From positions 14,883,934 to 14,947,933 of the forward strand of contig OZ316899.1 of the NCBI GenBank assembly GCA_973895155.1: 64,000 bases of DNA. Direction: 5' to 3'. The translations under genes were made by a program, and so were the position numbers. Of this stretch, positions 20,501 through 34,143 are shown piece after piece; positions within the stretch are counted from its first letter, which is position 1, and each line of letters starts with the position of its first letter. The notes beneath the pieces are model-generated. The model was not told the DNA's origin. It searched no databases and saw only the letters and a list, made by a program, of their open reading frames with translations. This DNA is from Marsupella aquatica. Its lineage: Eukaryota; Plantae; Marchantiophyta.

Positions 20501-23018
20501 ACCCCCAACATGTAGAGCGCCTCCGCAATGAATGGTAACCAGCCCCTCAACTTTGATATCCACCATAGCCAGAGCTTGAGCTAGTCTGAAAAATTGTGAT
20601 CAACAATTACTTGGCCAATCCTTGTCCAAAAATTAATCTTCCTAGAGTAGAATTCAATTGGCCACCATAGCTATATCTCCACAAGAAATCAGCTACGACC
20701 AAGGTCCATACTTTGAGCTAGAAATTGGACAACATTTTGGCCCCTATACTTCCAAAATTATGAAATCAGACAACGCTTTTGCTGAGAATGTATGAGCCAC
20801 AATTTGGATTGCGCTTCCGCCCCACTGATCACACAACATAGATCTGCACCAAGACCATCCAGATCTAATACAAATGCACTGAAGTCCGACAGCGTTTCCG
20901 CAGAGATTGTCTACACAAAAATCTACAAATCTGCAAGAATCCTTCTCAAAGATGACAATTTGCTCCACACACCAAAGCTAGCAGATCCTCACAATCAAAT
21001 ATAGATTGCACATCATAGTAGAAGCAACAACAAAAATTTCTCTCGGATCTAGATCAATTGCAATAGAATCATCATAAAACTGTCAAACACAAACCAGATT
21101 CTTGATTTTTTTATTACTTCCAACTTCCTTGACAAAATCAGGTGATCTAAAGTGCATTAGAAAGCTCTCAGCAACACACTTCTTTCCCACCCATCCACGC
21201 ACCAGATCCACACCTCAAACAGGGCCACGTAACACAAAAGCTCACGGTTGAGAATATAAACAGCCCACCAGATCCTACTGATCCACAATCAAAGCTACGA
21301 TTGATCTATAGTAGTTTTTTAAGTGAAATCCGTGCAAGAAATACTGTCATAAAACACAGATAAAACACAAATAGTTGAGCCAAACCCACTCCCCTATGGC
21401 GAATCCAGGTTGAAGCTAACGGGACACCATAGCCAAGGAGCTCCACTCACTACCCAGGCTCTCCCAACACCAAAGGCTCAACTCAAAGAACTAACTGTTC
21501 TTTGAGCACATTCCACACTATATCCTCCAACCCAAGGGCGGGTCCTACCAGAGGAGTCACCCTCAACAAGGCACCCCTCCAACCCTATGGATGGAACTAA
21601 TCCCTATCTAGGCACTACGGCCCTACATAAGGCATGGCTTCCACTAACACACTAAGTACTACAACGACACACACATATATATATGGTCATGGCAAGTTGA
21701 TGTTGCTGTCCCCTGCAATTCTGATTCCACCGTGCCTATTGTGCCTATGTCGGCAGTATTATGCTCAGTAGCTTGTGGTTGAGTGTCGTCTATATTTTGT
21801 TGGTCCCCTCTATTTGCATTACTAACACCTTCCTGATTACTGTGTCTCTTTAGTCTGCAGCTTTTGTAATGAAAAAATGTTCATAGGATTAGCACCCCAG
21901 TCAAAACATGAGCATCCTTTGTAAGAGAGGACTTTCCTTCAACAAATATGCACTCACAAATATGTGCGGCCAAACAAATGCAAAACAATGATAGAGGTGA
22001 TACTTCATAGAATTACCCCAGAATTGATTCGGAGTGCCCTAGTTTTCTGCCCCAACATCATCATATTGCTCTTCATCCTCATCACCAACATCAACAGGAT
22101 CATAAATCTTTGCTTGGCCTGCTATACCGGAAGCAACCAGGACAGAGGTGCCACATTTGGCCTTTCCCCTACTACGTGCCTATTTTGACTTATCTAAAAG
22201 AATTGAAACAATCATTATAAAGAGTTATGTGAGGAGACATTTTAATTTGACTAGTTTATGAAAAACAAATATTGAAAGAATAATTATAAGAAATTTAATG
22301 AAAAAACTGCACACCTTTTTAAAAGTGAAAAAAACACAATGCTTTAAGACAAGTGCATTAATTTCAAGGTACTAGTCAATGTACTTGTATAGGTGCAACA
22401 CTTTATGATTCAAAGAGAAGAGAGTGAACTTTTTTACTTTTTTGTTCTATTTGAGACTCTCTATTTAGTGACACTTGTTGATCAATAAATTATGAACAAT
22501 ATAAATTTTATAACCAATGGCATATAAGGTGCACTCATCAATAAATAGAATACTAGTTGCTTGGTTGAAGGGTCTAACCTTCTCATACAAGGTTTCATGT
22601 GTGGTTAACCTGGAGACGGGTCTTAAACCAAAGCCCTGGCCGGTTAAGCCCGTTTTATGTATGTTAACCAGGAGATGGGTCTTTGTGACCCGTTTTAAAC
22701 CAAAGCCCTGGCTGGTTACATCTGACCGAAAAGGGCCTTTCTGATGTGACCGAGTAAACTTTTTGCCTTCGCGGGTGCCCGAAAATTTGCGGGTGTGTAA
22801 GTTTGAGACAAGACACCCTAATTATTTCCCTGTGTGTGGTTCCTCTGCGGGTCGGATGCCTCTAGTTTTCTTGGCCTGAAGTTTCTCTACGCTTCGACAG
22901 CAGACGGTGTGGTAGCATTGTTACTGAACTGGGTTTAGATATCCTGTTCAAACCTCAGCTGAGTTTTCTTTACGAACGGTCTTCTTCAGCTTGTTCAAGT
23001 TGCTGACGGTGGGCTAGG

Positions 23019-26000
23019 ATGAGGCGCCGGAGCCCAAGTTTTAGTCCTCCGCTGAGGAGAGGAAGGGAGGGCAGGGATTATGGTGGACGGAGCAGGAGGA
23101 GTCCCAGTGCTTCAAGGGATCGTTATGGACGCCGTGGGGATCCTCCAACTAGTCTCTTGGTTCGCAACATCCCTCGAGACTGCCGGTAAGCGCTCTATGG
23201 AAGTGGTAGCCTGGTAGATATGAATATTCTGACTCTTCCTGTGTTTGCTTGTTTCGAAGATTGTGTCAGCTTTCCCGTAAATTTTCTCTTGGGAGTATCT
23301 TCCCTACTTCTCCTATCAGATTTTCTAGTAAATGCATGCGAGCCACCGTTGAGATCGGAAAATTGGGAATTGAAGGTGATGCCTGATGTACCGCGTCGAG
23401 CGGAGGGCCCTGAAGGCGGAGTCGGCTGAAGCCAATCTTGTTTTATGCTTTAGCGGTGACCCGTATTACACCTATCCCTATTTGTCACCCATTTCTGTTC
23501 GGTATTTGACACCTTTTGTTGCTCTTGCTACTTTTTCGTCCTCTGTTAGCAGGTCCGAGGATCTGCGCTTACCATTCGAACGCTATGGGGTTGTGAAGGA
23601 TATTTACTTGCCGAAGGACTACTACACGGGGTAAGGAAAATGTTTTATTTACACCGGGTCCAAAGGTACGAGTCGTCTCGTACCCTGGCGTTGTGGTCAG
23701 TTGCCTTGCTGCCTCTAGTCACGCCTGGCGCTAATGGTTTCTTTTGTACTGTTCGGTAGTGAACTGGGACGTTCGTAATATTTGTCACTCTATTTCCATT
23801 CAAATTCGGTATTGTCGTCAACGTTGCCCATAGATCTCTCTGTGCTCCTTTGCTGTTCGTGGATCTGTGTAGGCATTTTTGTTCCGGAGGTTAGTTTAGA
23901 ATCCATGTTATGCTCACATACAGGACCGTGATTGACGTTTAAGGTCTCAGCTACGGACCGTGTTGGCCGTCATCGTTGCCGAGAATTTACTTGATGTCAT
24001 GTCAAACCTAAGGTTATCCAGTTCTCGTACAATTCTGGTGATTAGTTGTGAGTCCGAAAGCCAGTGTAAGCTTTAGGGCTATGGACAGAATATACTGGCT
24101 CGTTCTCTTCACGGGCCAGTCGTGTCCTACTGTTCTCCACGTCCATGGAAGGTGTCTTTGAATCGCAATTCTCGTCGTTGTAGCCGGGTCCTCCTTCTCT
24201 CTCTGGCCAGATGAGAATGTTGACGACTTGCCAGGTGTGCCCAAATAGGTGAAATATCGGAGGCTTATAGTGTCAGATCAGATCGTTCCTCCCTGTTCGC
24301 CAACCATGGCTTCATTACATTTGGCTCTTTGATCTCCAACTACACGTCAGGTCTTCTGAATGAGAGCAGAAGGGTAAGTCGTTGACGAGGTGATGACTGC
24401 CTAGACACTTAGGCGTGTCCCCGAAATTGATCAGGATTTCAAGCCGTGTGGTGGGCAGCGCGTGGTCTAGCAACATAGCCAGTTGTTTTTCAAGACACTG
24501 GGACCTGCTAATCTGTAGTCCGTTAAAGCACCTTAGTAATTGGTGTCTTTCCAGTAACCCTCTAGTACTTACAGCTAAATTTCTCAGCAGGGGAATTTGC
24601 TGCTTCTTGTACTTTTGTGCATCACGAATGTGGTTTGGAGTCCTTCTTAAAGGACTACACACCCACATCCCCGTGGCATTGAGACTTTTGAGAACCTAGG
24701 TGTAATAACTGCCCTAACAGGTGGCGTTTAAAGGCAGTAGAGCTGGCGTCGAAGGGAACTCTCACAGACTCTTTGTGGTTCAAGGGAGGGTAAGACATGA
24801 AGATAGTTCAATTGGACCCATGTGAAGAGAAGTGGTGGAGTGTTGAAGGAGGATGTCCAGGGGTTCATGCTTGCAAATCAAGTGACGAAATGTGAAGAGA
24901 GGAACAAGTTTGAAGTCACAACTCAATCAGTTCATACTGGCGATCGATAGGGCCCTTTTTTCAGCAAGGTCAGCAGCAAGAGCCCTGTGTGGTGCAATGG
25001 TTTGATATTTCTTATGGAGATTACCGGTAAATGCCGTAATCTATTATGGTATGTATTATGTAATGTAGTAAATGGAAGGAGATGTCCAACCATAGGGCTT
25101 TGTCTTCTGTGTCATGGTAATCTCTGCAGCTCCTGGCTTGGTTATTCTACTCAGGTGCTATAATGTTGCTTTCGCTAAGTGGTGGTGGTGTTGGCAGGGA
25201 ACCTCGAGGTTTTGGGTTTGTCCAGTACATGGATCCAGGTGATGCGGCAGAGGCCCAGTATCATATGGATCACCAAATCATTAATGGTCGAGAGATCACT
25301 GTGGTCTTTGCCGAGGAGAATCGCAAGAAGCCTCAGGAAATGAGGTCCAAAGAGCGTACAAGGTAAGCATATTAAGGAAATACCGGTCCACCAGCTGTAC
25401 ATCGAGAATTTCCACGAAGGATGACATTTACGCTAAATTTATGCTCCTCGTTAATGCATTTGATGATGCCGTGTTTAATCTTGTTTGAATCTTATACGTC
25501 TCATTCGGTTGGGAAAAACTTTAAACAGGAATTTTGGAATGAAATAATTGTGTAGGGGAAGGACAGGGTATGGTGGATCTGTGCGCCGCAAGTCCCCTTA
25601 TTATGGTATGGAACGTAACCACGGCCTATTACCGAAGGGATTTATACGTGCTTCATTTCGTCGATTCAGTCTAAAATACAGGGGGCATTTGTGAAGAGTT
25701 CTTGATTTGTACCAGCCGGGCAGTAGTGAAATAGCTGAGGGAGAAGAGTTTATGTACAATTAGCGCACTCTAATTTGATGCTGGTGTTGTCAGTACGATC
25801 CTTCTCACGGTCTCCGAGGCAGTCAAGATCTCCAAGGAGAGAACGACTTTCAAGGCAATCTCGGTATACGATCATGTCCCTGCTGGCTCTGCGTGTGTAA
25901 ATTTCGGCTGAATGCTGGTACCAAGATCAAACATTTTTAGTCATTTCGATCATGCCACATTACTGGCGTGATTTATACCTGAAAAGTAATCACAGAGAAA

Positions 26001-26266
26001 ATGTCCTATGCTGCCGTGATTCTCTTAGCTGGAGCCTTATTGTTCGTTCTGTGGATGTGTCTGTTGTGAGCAGGTCGTATTCACCACCAGAGAGGGCACG
26101 CGACCGATCCAGCTCACCTGCTCCCGGTTCAAGTCAACATCGAGGTCGGAAATATTCGCACTCTCCTTCCCCTCCGCTCTCGTGGAAGGGTCCAGCTCGC
26201 AATGATACACCGGGGACAAAATTATCTAGTTCTCCTTCCTTTTACAAAGATGTACACCCTTCATGA
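23019..26266 (+). CDS. SC35-like (SCL subfamily) serine/arginine-rich splicing factor, ~240 aa; exons 23019-23185, 23553-23630, 25198-25362, 25556-25605, 25794-25863, 26074-26266
   Basis: N-terminal RS/SP extension, RRM (TSLLVRNIPRDCR-SEDLRLPFERYGVVKDIYLPKDYYTG-EPRGFGFVQY...EITVVFAEENRKKP), RS tail. All introns GT-AG and phases join to 723 nt. Confidence 0.92.
24351..24373 (+). other. Candidate 23-nt poison cassette exon in the long RRM intron
   Basis: ...ACGTCAG|GTCTTCTGAATGAGAGCAGAAGG|GTAAGT; in-frame TGA when joined to exon 2. Confidence 0.5.
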
Positions 26267-27265
26267 GGGACAAAAAATGAGGTACAGTGTCGGCTCAACA
26301 CCCGCGTTGCAAGGGAAGGAGTATTAATTTGTAGAAGGATATTGCATGTATTTCATAGGTGGGAGTGAAGAGTTTTATGCCTAGTACAGATTAGTACAGA
26401 TGCATCGAGTTGATAGGCTGTCAATCATTGCTCGTCCGGTACACATAGCCAGGGTGACCTCCCGGTAGGGGGGGACTGCTCCCAGGGGGGGACCCGCAAG
26501 AAACCCCCTGCCCACCCGCAAGAAACCTAGCAAATAGTTACTATTTGCGCTTCGCAGATGACTTTCTCATTGGAGTCATTGGTCCAAGAGCTCTGGCGGA
26601 AAGGATAGGCAGCTTGGTTATACAATTTATTGAAGTGCTGCTCAAGGTCAGCCTGGATAAGACTTGTGAAAGTGAAGCCTTATTTCTTGTAACGTTTTGT
26701 TTATGGCACATGACAATATAGTACTGGGAATTTGAATTTCAATAATTTCTCAAGTGAGTCGTCATTTCCTGTGAGATCTTGTTTAGGGTGTTAGGGGGCT
26801 AATTATCAAATTATCACATGATTCTCTGGCATTCAGCTACTTCTGCTATATTGGATGATAATGAATTATTAATTTGGATGGAAATTGTGTCGTCAATAGT
26901 GAACTTATGTACGAGAGTTTTAGTTGAATAGAAATAAGAGAAGTGTCTATAAACTGGCTGACTTGTGGAATGGTAGAGAACCATGGATAAGTCCTAATTA
27001 TCCAGACTAGAGAACTTTTCTGGCCCCTATAATAGGCACTTCATTGCTAATATGTCAAAACCTACACTCTTTACAGTTTTTAATGTCACGAAACAGATAG
27101 TGTCACACACACCAATTAGGGGTAACTCTTGATTTTCAGACAAGTGACACTAATTATATCACCCTTAATTTTGGAAATTAAATTAATATATTGAAAAATA
27201 TCTTTAATTAGAGGTGACAATGTTATTACCCTAAATTGCTCTCACTCCAAAGTTATTCAAATTAC

Positions 27266-27412
27266 TGTTATAACCCATAATATGACTTAACCCTAGTATA
27301 GGATAGGTTAACATTAACCCAACCATGTTAACCCTTCTGGACTATATAAGTCCTTGGCATAATGGAAGTGAGTGGGGATTATTGACTACTATCATCTTGT
27401 GTATTCATAACA
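27266..27412 (+). repeat. 5' LTR
   Basis: TGTTATAACC...TTCATAACA, identical to 32860-33006 by eye. Confidence 0.97.
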
Positions 27413-27427
27413 CGTTATCAGCGCGAC
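27413..27427 (+). promoter_or_regulatory. PBS complementary to tRNA-Ile anticodon arm
   Basis: CGTTATCAGCGCGAC directly after the LTR. Confidence 0.75.
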
Positions 27428-27958
27428 TTGCTCAATTACATTTTTTTTACATGTGCTCCCTCCCCAAAATCTGACAACTCAATAGATCGAGGTCCACACA
27501 AAGAAAACAACACAATGTTGTGTGTTTTTTGCTCTAATGGCGAGAATAACCGCCTAACTACCTCCCGAGAATAGAGAAAACAAGCTTATGATCGAAGAAC
27601 AAAGAACTGGCCATAGAGCGTCGAGCCTAATCATGAGCGAAGATTCTCAACCTTGAACGAAGGAGACAACGCGACGAGACGCGAAAAACAAAATAAAAGA
27701 CATTGGCGAAAACTGAAAACTTTGAGGACCGCACACAAGGACATACGAACGAACTCCATCGGGGACAATTTGGATGCGATTCAAGGGGCAGATGAGTCCC
27801 GTGCCTTGAGCGAAAGGATCGCTATCGTTTCTCTTTCTTTTGGTTAACTTGATCCATCACAACAGCCGATCGATCGGGCGGGACAAGGCGAAAGTCATAG
27901 GCATTTGATACAAAGGAACACCATATATTTATAAGGCCCAAAATCAGGCGAAATAGAC

Positions 27959-30900
27959 ATGGCGACATTGGAGAAGTTACATTTCCCAGCCCTACTAGTA
28001 GACGGCAGCAACTACTTGACATGGGCCGTAGATGCGGAAACATACTTCGCATCGTTGGAGCTTGAAGATACATTAATCACAGACCAAAATCTGACTCTAC
28101 AACAGAAGGCCAAGGCCGTGTTCCTTTTGCGCCAGCACTTGGTTCCCTCACTAAAATCCCAATACATGAACGAAGTCAATCCACAACTCCTGTGGGACAA
28201 GTTAAAGGCCCGATTCGACCATATGCGCGAAATATGGCTTCCTGAGGCTCGCCGCGATTGGTACAACCTACGAGTGATGGATCATACTTCCATTGCTAAC
28301 TACAACAGCGCTCTATTTAAAATTACCTCTCAACTAGAACTCTGCGGCCATCCAGTCCCAGACGCAGATAAGATCGACAAGACACTGAGTACATTCCCCG
28401 AATCAAACATTGCACTCGGTACACAGTACCGAAATATGCAATTCACCACATATTCAGATCTTATCGCACATTTACTTGTAGAAGAGAAGCAACAGGTGGT
28501 CGCCATGCAAAACGCCCGAAAAAGACCTGCGGGAACAGAACCACCACCACACAAACCAGAGATAAATTACTATCAGCGAGATAACATGGGACGAGGCCGA
28601 CCAAGAGGCAGAGGCGGATACCAAGGCAGAGGTAGAAACCAATCCTACAGAGGTCGAGGATATCGACAATCATACAACACAAGAGGCAGGGGAGTAGGCG
28701 GCAGAGGCAGGATGAGTGATAATGCATCGGACAACACCAAAGATGACAGGATGTGCTACCGATGCGGAAAAATAGGACACCTGAAGAAAAATTGTTGGGC
28801 ATCGGACCAAACAGCCAGGAAACATACAGAATCAAGAGCTAGACTCAAACAAAACCCAGCAGGGAACTACATGGAGCTAGAAGAAGCAATAGCCACCTAC
28901 AAAGACCCCGAACAACCTCATGAAGTGGAGACCCACATAGTAACTCCAGCAAGAGGACCCTACACACTACAAGACCCCAATCTGGGCATAATTGACAGCG
29001 GTACGTCTCATACAATACTAAAGGACAAGAAATATTTCCACTCAATTACCCCATCAGCCCGGCATATGACCACCATTTCAGGCACAAACCAGATTGAGGA
29101 GGGTAAAGGCACAGCCACGGTAATATTCCCAGGAGGCACTGCACTCGCCATCGAAGCAGCGATATTCGCCCCGCGAGCTACAAGGAACCTCATCAGCTTC
29201 CGAGACATAGTCGCAAATAAATATCAACTGCGCACAGTGAAAACAGACGAGGAAGATACCCTCCAAATCGTGGAGGTTACCGAACAAGGTATACATATTA
29301 AAGAAACCTTACCCCTTATACCACCAGGCCTCTACGCAACTCAAATTCAAGCTCACTATGTCACTGCAGACTTACCTGATATCACATACTTATGGCACTG
29401 TCGACTGGGACACCCCGGAGTAAATATGTACCGCAGAATTATTCATGACTCCCGTGGAATCCCCCAAGGAGTCAACCCATCAACAAAACAAAGGCAATGC
29501 CTGGCGTGCTCTCAGGGGAAGCTGATTACACGCCCACAAATACAGAAGACAATCTATGCCATCCCGAACTTCCTGGAACACCTGAACGCAGATGTATGCG
29601 GCCCGATCCACCCACCAAGTGGACCGTTTAAGTATTTCCTGGCCATCATCGACTCTTCGACCAAATGGCTGCAAGTATCTCTACTCTCTACACGCAACTT
29701 GGTCTTCGCTAGGATACTGGCCAACATTCTAAAGCTTAAAGCACAATTCCCAGAACATCCAATTCGGAAACTGAGAGTGGATGGTGCAGGGGAATTCACC
29801 TCAAAAGCATTCGATGAGTTTTGCTGGGCAGCGGGCATTGACACTGAATACTCAGTCCCATATGTCCATTTCCAAAACGGAATGGCAGAATCCGTTATCA
29901 AGCGTATACAGATGATAACCAGACCCCTGTTAATGAATTCAAAGTTACCCCTATCCACATGGGGACACGCAGTCCTCCATGCTGCCACACTGCTTCAATA
30001 CAGACCATCGGCGTTCAACACAAAGACTCCACACCACTTAGCGTTCGGACTACCTCCAGACCTGTCACACCTGCGGGTATTTGGATGCAAAGTCATGGTC
30101 CCAATACTGGGACCCAAGCGTACAAAAATCGGACCTCAAAGACAAGAAGGAATCTACATCGGAAATGACTCATCCTCGATCATTCGCTACCTAGAACCGA
30201 CAACAGCCGATGTGTTTAAGGCCAGACATACAGATTGTCATTTTTACGAAGACACTTTTCCCACCCTAAGCATAGACAAACAAATGACAGGGGACTTGCA
30301 CCCACACAAGATCAACTGGAACAGCAGAAACTTACTCAACCAGGACCCGAGGACGAAACAAACGGATGCAGAAGTTAGACGATTACTCCACCTCCACGGG
30401 ATGCTGGATAAGATCCCAGATGCATTTAATGATGCAGCAAATGTTACAAAATCCCACAACGAGGCAACCAATGTACCAGCCAGAGTACAAATGAATACTC
30501 CTCCAGCAACAGTAGCTGCCCCTAAGGCGAAAAGAGGTAGGCCACCAGGATCACATGATACCCGACCCCGCCAAAGACGCCCCCATCAGGTAATTCCTGA
30601 AACTACTTTTCACTTCATTAATAATGAATCCGAGACACCAGACATATCGGGTAATGAGGAGATGTCAATTCAGTATAAGCATACAGGACAAATTTACACG
30701 AGACAAAACACTACTGTCGACGAACAATTTGCTTACCATATAGCTCAAGAAATAACCAATGATACTTCGGACCCTTTAACAATCAAAGAAGCACAAACAA
30801 GGTCAGATTGGCCACACTGGAAAGAGGCCATTGACACAGAAATGGATGCACTAATCCGTCGACAAGTCTTCGGACCAGTCAAACAAGTTGATCCTAACAA

Positions 30901-32520
30901 TGACTATACAGACAGCCGATTTACGTTCATTAAAAAGCGAAATGCAAAAGGTGATGTTATCAGATACAGAGCGCGGTTAGTAGCAAAAGGATACACCCAG
31001 ATCCCAGGCAGGGACTATGATCTAACATATTCACCAGTAATGGACGTGACGACATTCAGGTATTTAATTGCTTTCTCTCGCAAACACCAGTTATGCAATA
31101 TCCTTATGGACGTAGTAACGGCATACCTATATGGAGTCTTAGACTCCGAAATTCATATGAAAGCACCAAAGGAATTACTCGAAAGAGTGGCAGAACACAT
31201 TCAGGGGAAGCAATACCCGAACCTGAGCAAGGATATGAAGTCGGGAATTGACCAGATTATCCCTAATGATGATTGTAAAGGCCTTGTGTTGAGCAGTGGC
31301 AACACACAGAAAGCACCACTCCAGTACCCCGGAAAACGAAGGACTGGACAGCAGGCATTTGCTGTGCAAGTATTGAAATCCATAAACGGCCTGAAACAAA
31401 GCGGCCGTATATGGTACCAGAAATTTAAAACCGAAATACAAGCACTCGGATTTATTACAGAAGACATAGCGCCCTGTATATTCATCAAAAGAGTAGACAC
31501 AGAGTTCATCGTGTTAGCGCTATATGTCGATGACATTAATCTCTTCGGTACACAACGACTATTACGACAAACAATCAACACAATGAAGGGCATTTTCGAG
31601 ATGAAAGAACTGGGAGAACCGACTTACTGCCTCGGCCTTCAGTTCGATCACCTACAGACAGGCACATTCATTAGCCAGTCTACCTATACAAACAAAATCC
31701 TCCAACAATTCAATATGCAAAAGGCATACCCGGTATCAACACCAATGGAGCTGAGATCCTTAGACACTGCGAAGGACATGTTCAGGCAAAGACAGGACAA
31801 CGAACCAATACTAGATTCAGATAAGCCATACTTATCGGCTATCGGAGCCCTCCTTTACCTGGCCAACAACACCCGACAATACGCCACTGGAACGGCATAA
31901 AACGAGTATTCCGATACCTCCAAGGAACAATTGACATGGGACTATTCTTCCCCAACGAAAGCGAGGATGAACTTACAGGATACACGGACGCTGGATACCT
32001 CTCAGACCCCCAAGATTCAAAGTCGCAGACAGGATACGTCTTCTTGCAGGGTAAAACCGCCATATCTTGGAGAAGCACGAAGCAGAGCCTAACCACAACG
32101 TCATCGAATCACGCCGAAGTAATTGCCCTCTATGAGGCATGCCGCGAAGCGATTTGGCTCCGTAGTATAATCACACATATACTCAAACAGACAGGAAAAA
32201 CCTTACTCACAAATCCAACCACCATCTACGAGGACAATAGGGCATGCGTCGACCAGATAGTTACAGGCTACATGAAGACCGATCGAACCAAGCACATAGA
32301 CCCGAAATTTTTCTTTACGCACGAACACAGCGGAAAGCAAATACAAGTAAAGTGGATAAGCTCACAAGACAATTGCGCCGACCTCTTCACCAAGCCGCTA
32401 CCAGCGACTACACATCGAAAGCACGTCAGCGCCATTGGAATGCATCGTCTCTCCTCCCTAACCTCCTCGACTAACGACAACTCCCGACACGAACACACAG
32501 CCAACGCAAAATCGAAGTAG
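27959..32520 (+). pseudogene. gag-pol polyprotein; open for 1313 aa, single frameshifting deletion at ~31875, RNase H in 31873-32520
   Basis: Knuckle CYRCGKIGHLKKNC; PR IIDSGTSH; INT LWHCRLGHPG, ADVCGP, RVDGAGEF, QNGMAE; RT RARLVAKGY, GLKQSG, LYVDD; RH GYTDAGY, YEDN, ADLFTK. Confidence 0.93.
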
Positions 32521-32850
32521 AACCTCGACAAACTACTAAATCATAGTATCTAACGAACAGTTTACAGAGAGACACATGTTCCCCCGTCATGAATACAATA
32601 CTACCCCGACTAGAGTAACAAATAAACGCTTACTTACTCTTAGCCCACTGGCTTAGACAGTAATAGGCTACTTTTAGACTTAGAGCATACACATTAGAGA
32701 CTTTCTGAATTAGGGACCACAAATTGTAATGATGGTAGTACTCTTCCTTGAGAGGAAAGCAGCAAGGTTTGATGAGGCTACATCATAAGTGACTCCCACT
32801 TTTAAACTAGGGTTAAATGTGTGGTTCCTTGACACCCCGTCCAAGTAACC

Positions 32851-32859
32851 AAGGGGAAG
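32851..32859 (+). promoter_or_regulatory. Polypurine tract
   Basis: AAGGGGAAG abutting the 3' LTR. Confidence 0.85.
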
Positions 32860-33006
32860 TGTTATAACCCATAATATGACTTAACCCTAGTATAGGATAG
32901 GTTAACATTAACCCAACCATGTTAACCCTTCTGGACTATATAAGTCCTTGGCATAATGGAAGTGAGTGGGGATTATTGACTACTATCATCTTGTGTATTC
33001 ATAACA
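32860..33006 (+). repeat. 3' LTR
   Basis: Identical to 27266-27412. Confidence 0.97.
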
Positions 33007-34037
33007 ATTACCAAGGACATCTCTTTTTGTGTATGTTCTTAAAAAGTTACTCTGTGTTTTATTTTGTGAGTCTTTGTGAAAGGAGGTTGATAGATTTATA
33101 ACATGGTGGGAATGGATTGACCCCCATAGTTGAATTTGCTAACATAAGGGAAAGAGAATCAAAACTATGTCAAAATGTCACTTGTAATTAATCTACATCT
33201 CATGTGGCTTATCCTCCTACATTTCAAAAACCAATAAATGAAGACCCAAAAAATATGGGGACTGGGCCATGGGGCACATCTGGGAAATTGATAAATCCAG
33301 GCAAACACAAGGGCAAACATTTATTTTTGACATTGGCAAGGGACTTTGTAGCTAAGGTGAACAGTTCTGTTGACAGAAGTGACATGTCTTATGCACAAAA
33401 TTCAATGATAAATATAGATTTGTCTCTAAATGTCAATGGTTTATAGTTTGAAAATCAACTTACACCTGAGCTTTAGAATATCATAGTAAAGTATCGAGTG
33501 AATTTTTAAGGGAGTCGAGTTGACCTTGACATTGATGCTACTGTTGAAGTGGCTCCTAATATTGGTGAACCAGGTGAGGAGCCAGCTCAACCCTCTCCTC
33601 TTCGGGTTGTACGCCGTCTTGCAAGGATGAGACACAGGGGACAAATTGGAGGAGATTGAAAATAATGTTAGTTTATAGCTTATGTGAGACAACGTGCTAT
33701 TCATAGTTGATCGAAGTGAATCAAACAGATCTTGTTTGTTCAATGTGGTTCAAGAGTACTCCAAATTACAAATGTGAGCAGGAGTTATAAATTTCTGAAG
33801 TTTGCTCAATATTTGAGTAGTATATGGAAGGAATTATAAGTTTCTGAAGTTTTCTCAATGTTTGAGTAGTAAAATTTGTAAACTGTAATCAAACATTGTG
33901 CGCATTTTTTAATTTCTTATAAGCAACTTTTAACTATTGTCCATTCTTTGTTTTTAACTTTAAATGTGTGTGACACTATTTAACTTGTGACCACAATTAG
34001 TGTCATACTATATTAGTGTCACACACCTTAATTATCG

Positions 34038-34143
34038 TCACTTACCTCAAATATAACCTCACACTAATTATAGTGTGTGAGACTAAATACTCACTTACCT
34101 CAAATATAACCTCACACTAATTATAGTGTGTGAGACTAAATAC
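34038..34143. repeat. Perfect 53-bp tandem duplication
   Basis: TCACTTACCTC...GACTAAATAC x2. Confidence 0.9.

Larger units (their letters stand above)
27266..33006 (+). mobile_element. Complete Ty1/copia LTR retrotransposon, Bianca-type, recent insertion
   Basis: Identical 147-bp LTRs (TG...CA), TSD ATTAC at 27261-27265 and 33007-33011, PBS, PPT, gag-PR-INT-RT-RH. Confidence 0.97.

Noticed and set aside
20500-22200. Possible LTR/leader or coding remnant
   Set aside because: Strand-biased composition suggests TE origin, but no PBS, TSD or protein motif could be supported.
22625-22720. Twice-repeated AAACCAAAGCCCTGGC upstream of the SCL gene as a promoter element
   Set aside because: The repeat is real but matches no motif I can name, and the TSS is unknown.
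24014-24699. Short ORFs within the SCL intron
   Set aside because: No recognisable domains; consistent with chance ORFs in an intron.
31861-31940. Programmed ribosomal frameshift between RT and RNase H
   Set aside because: A conserved protein block is missing and there is no slippery heptamer, so a deletion explains it.
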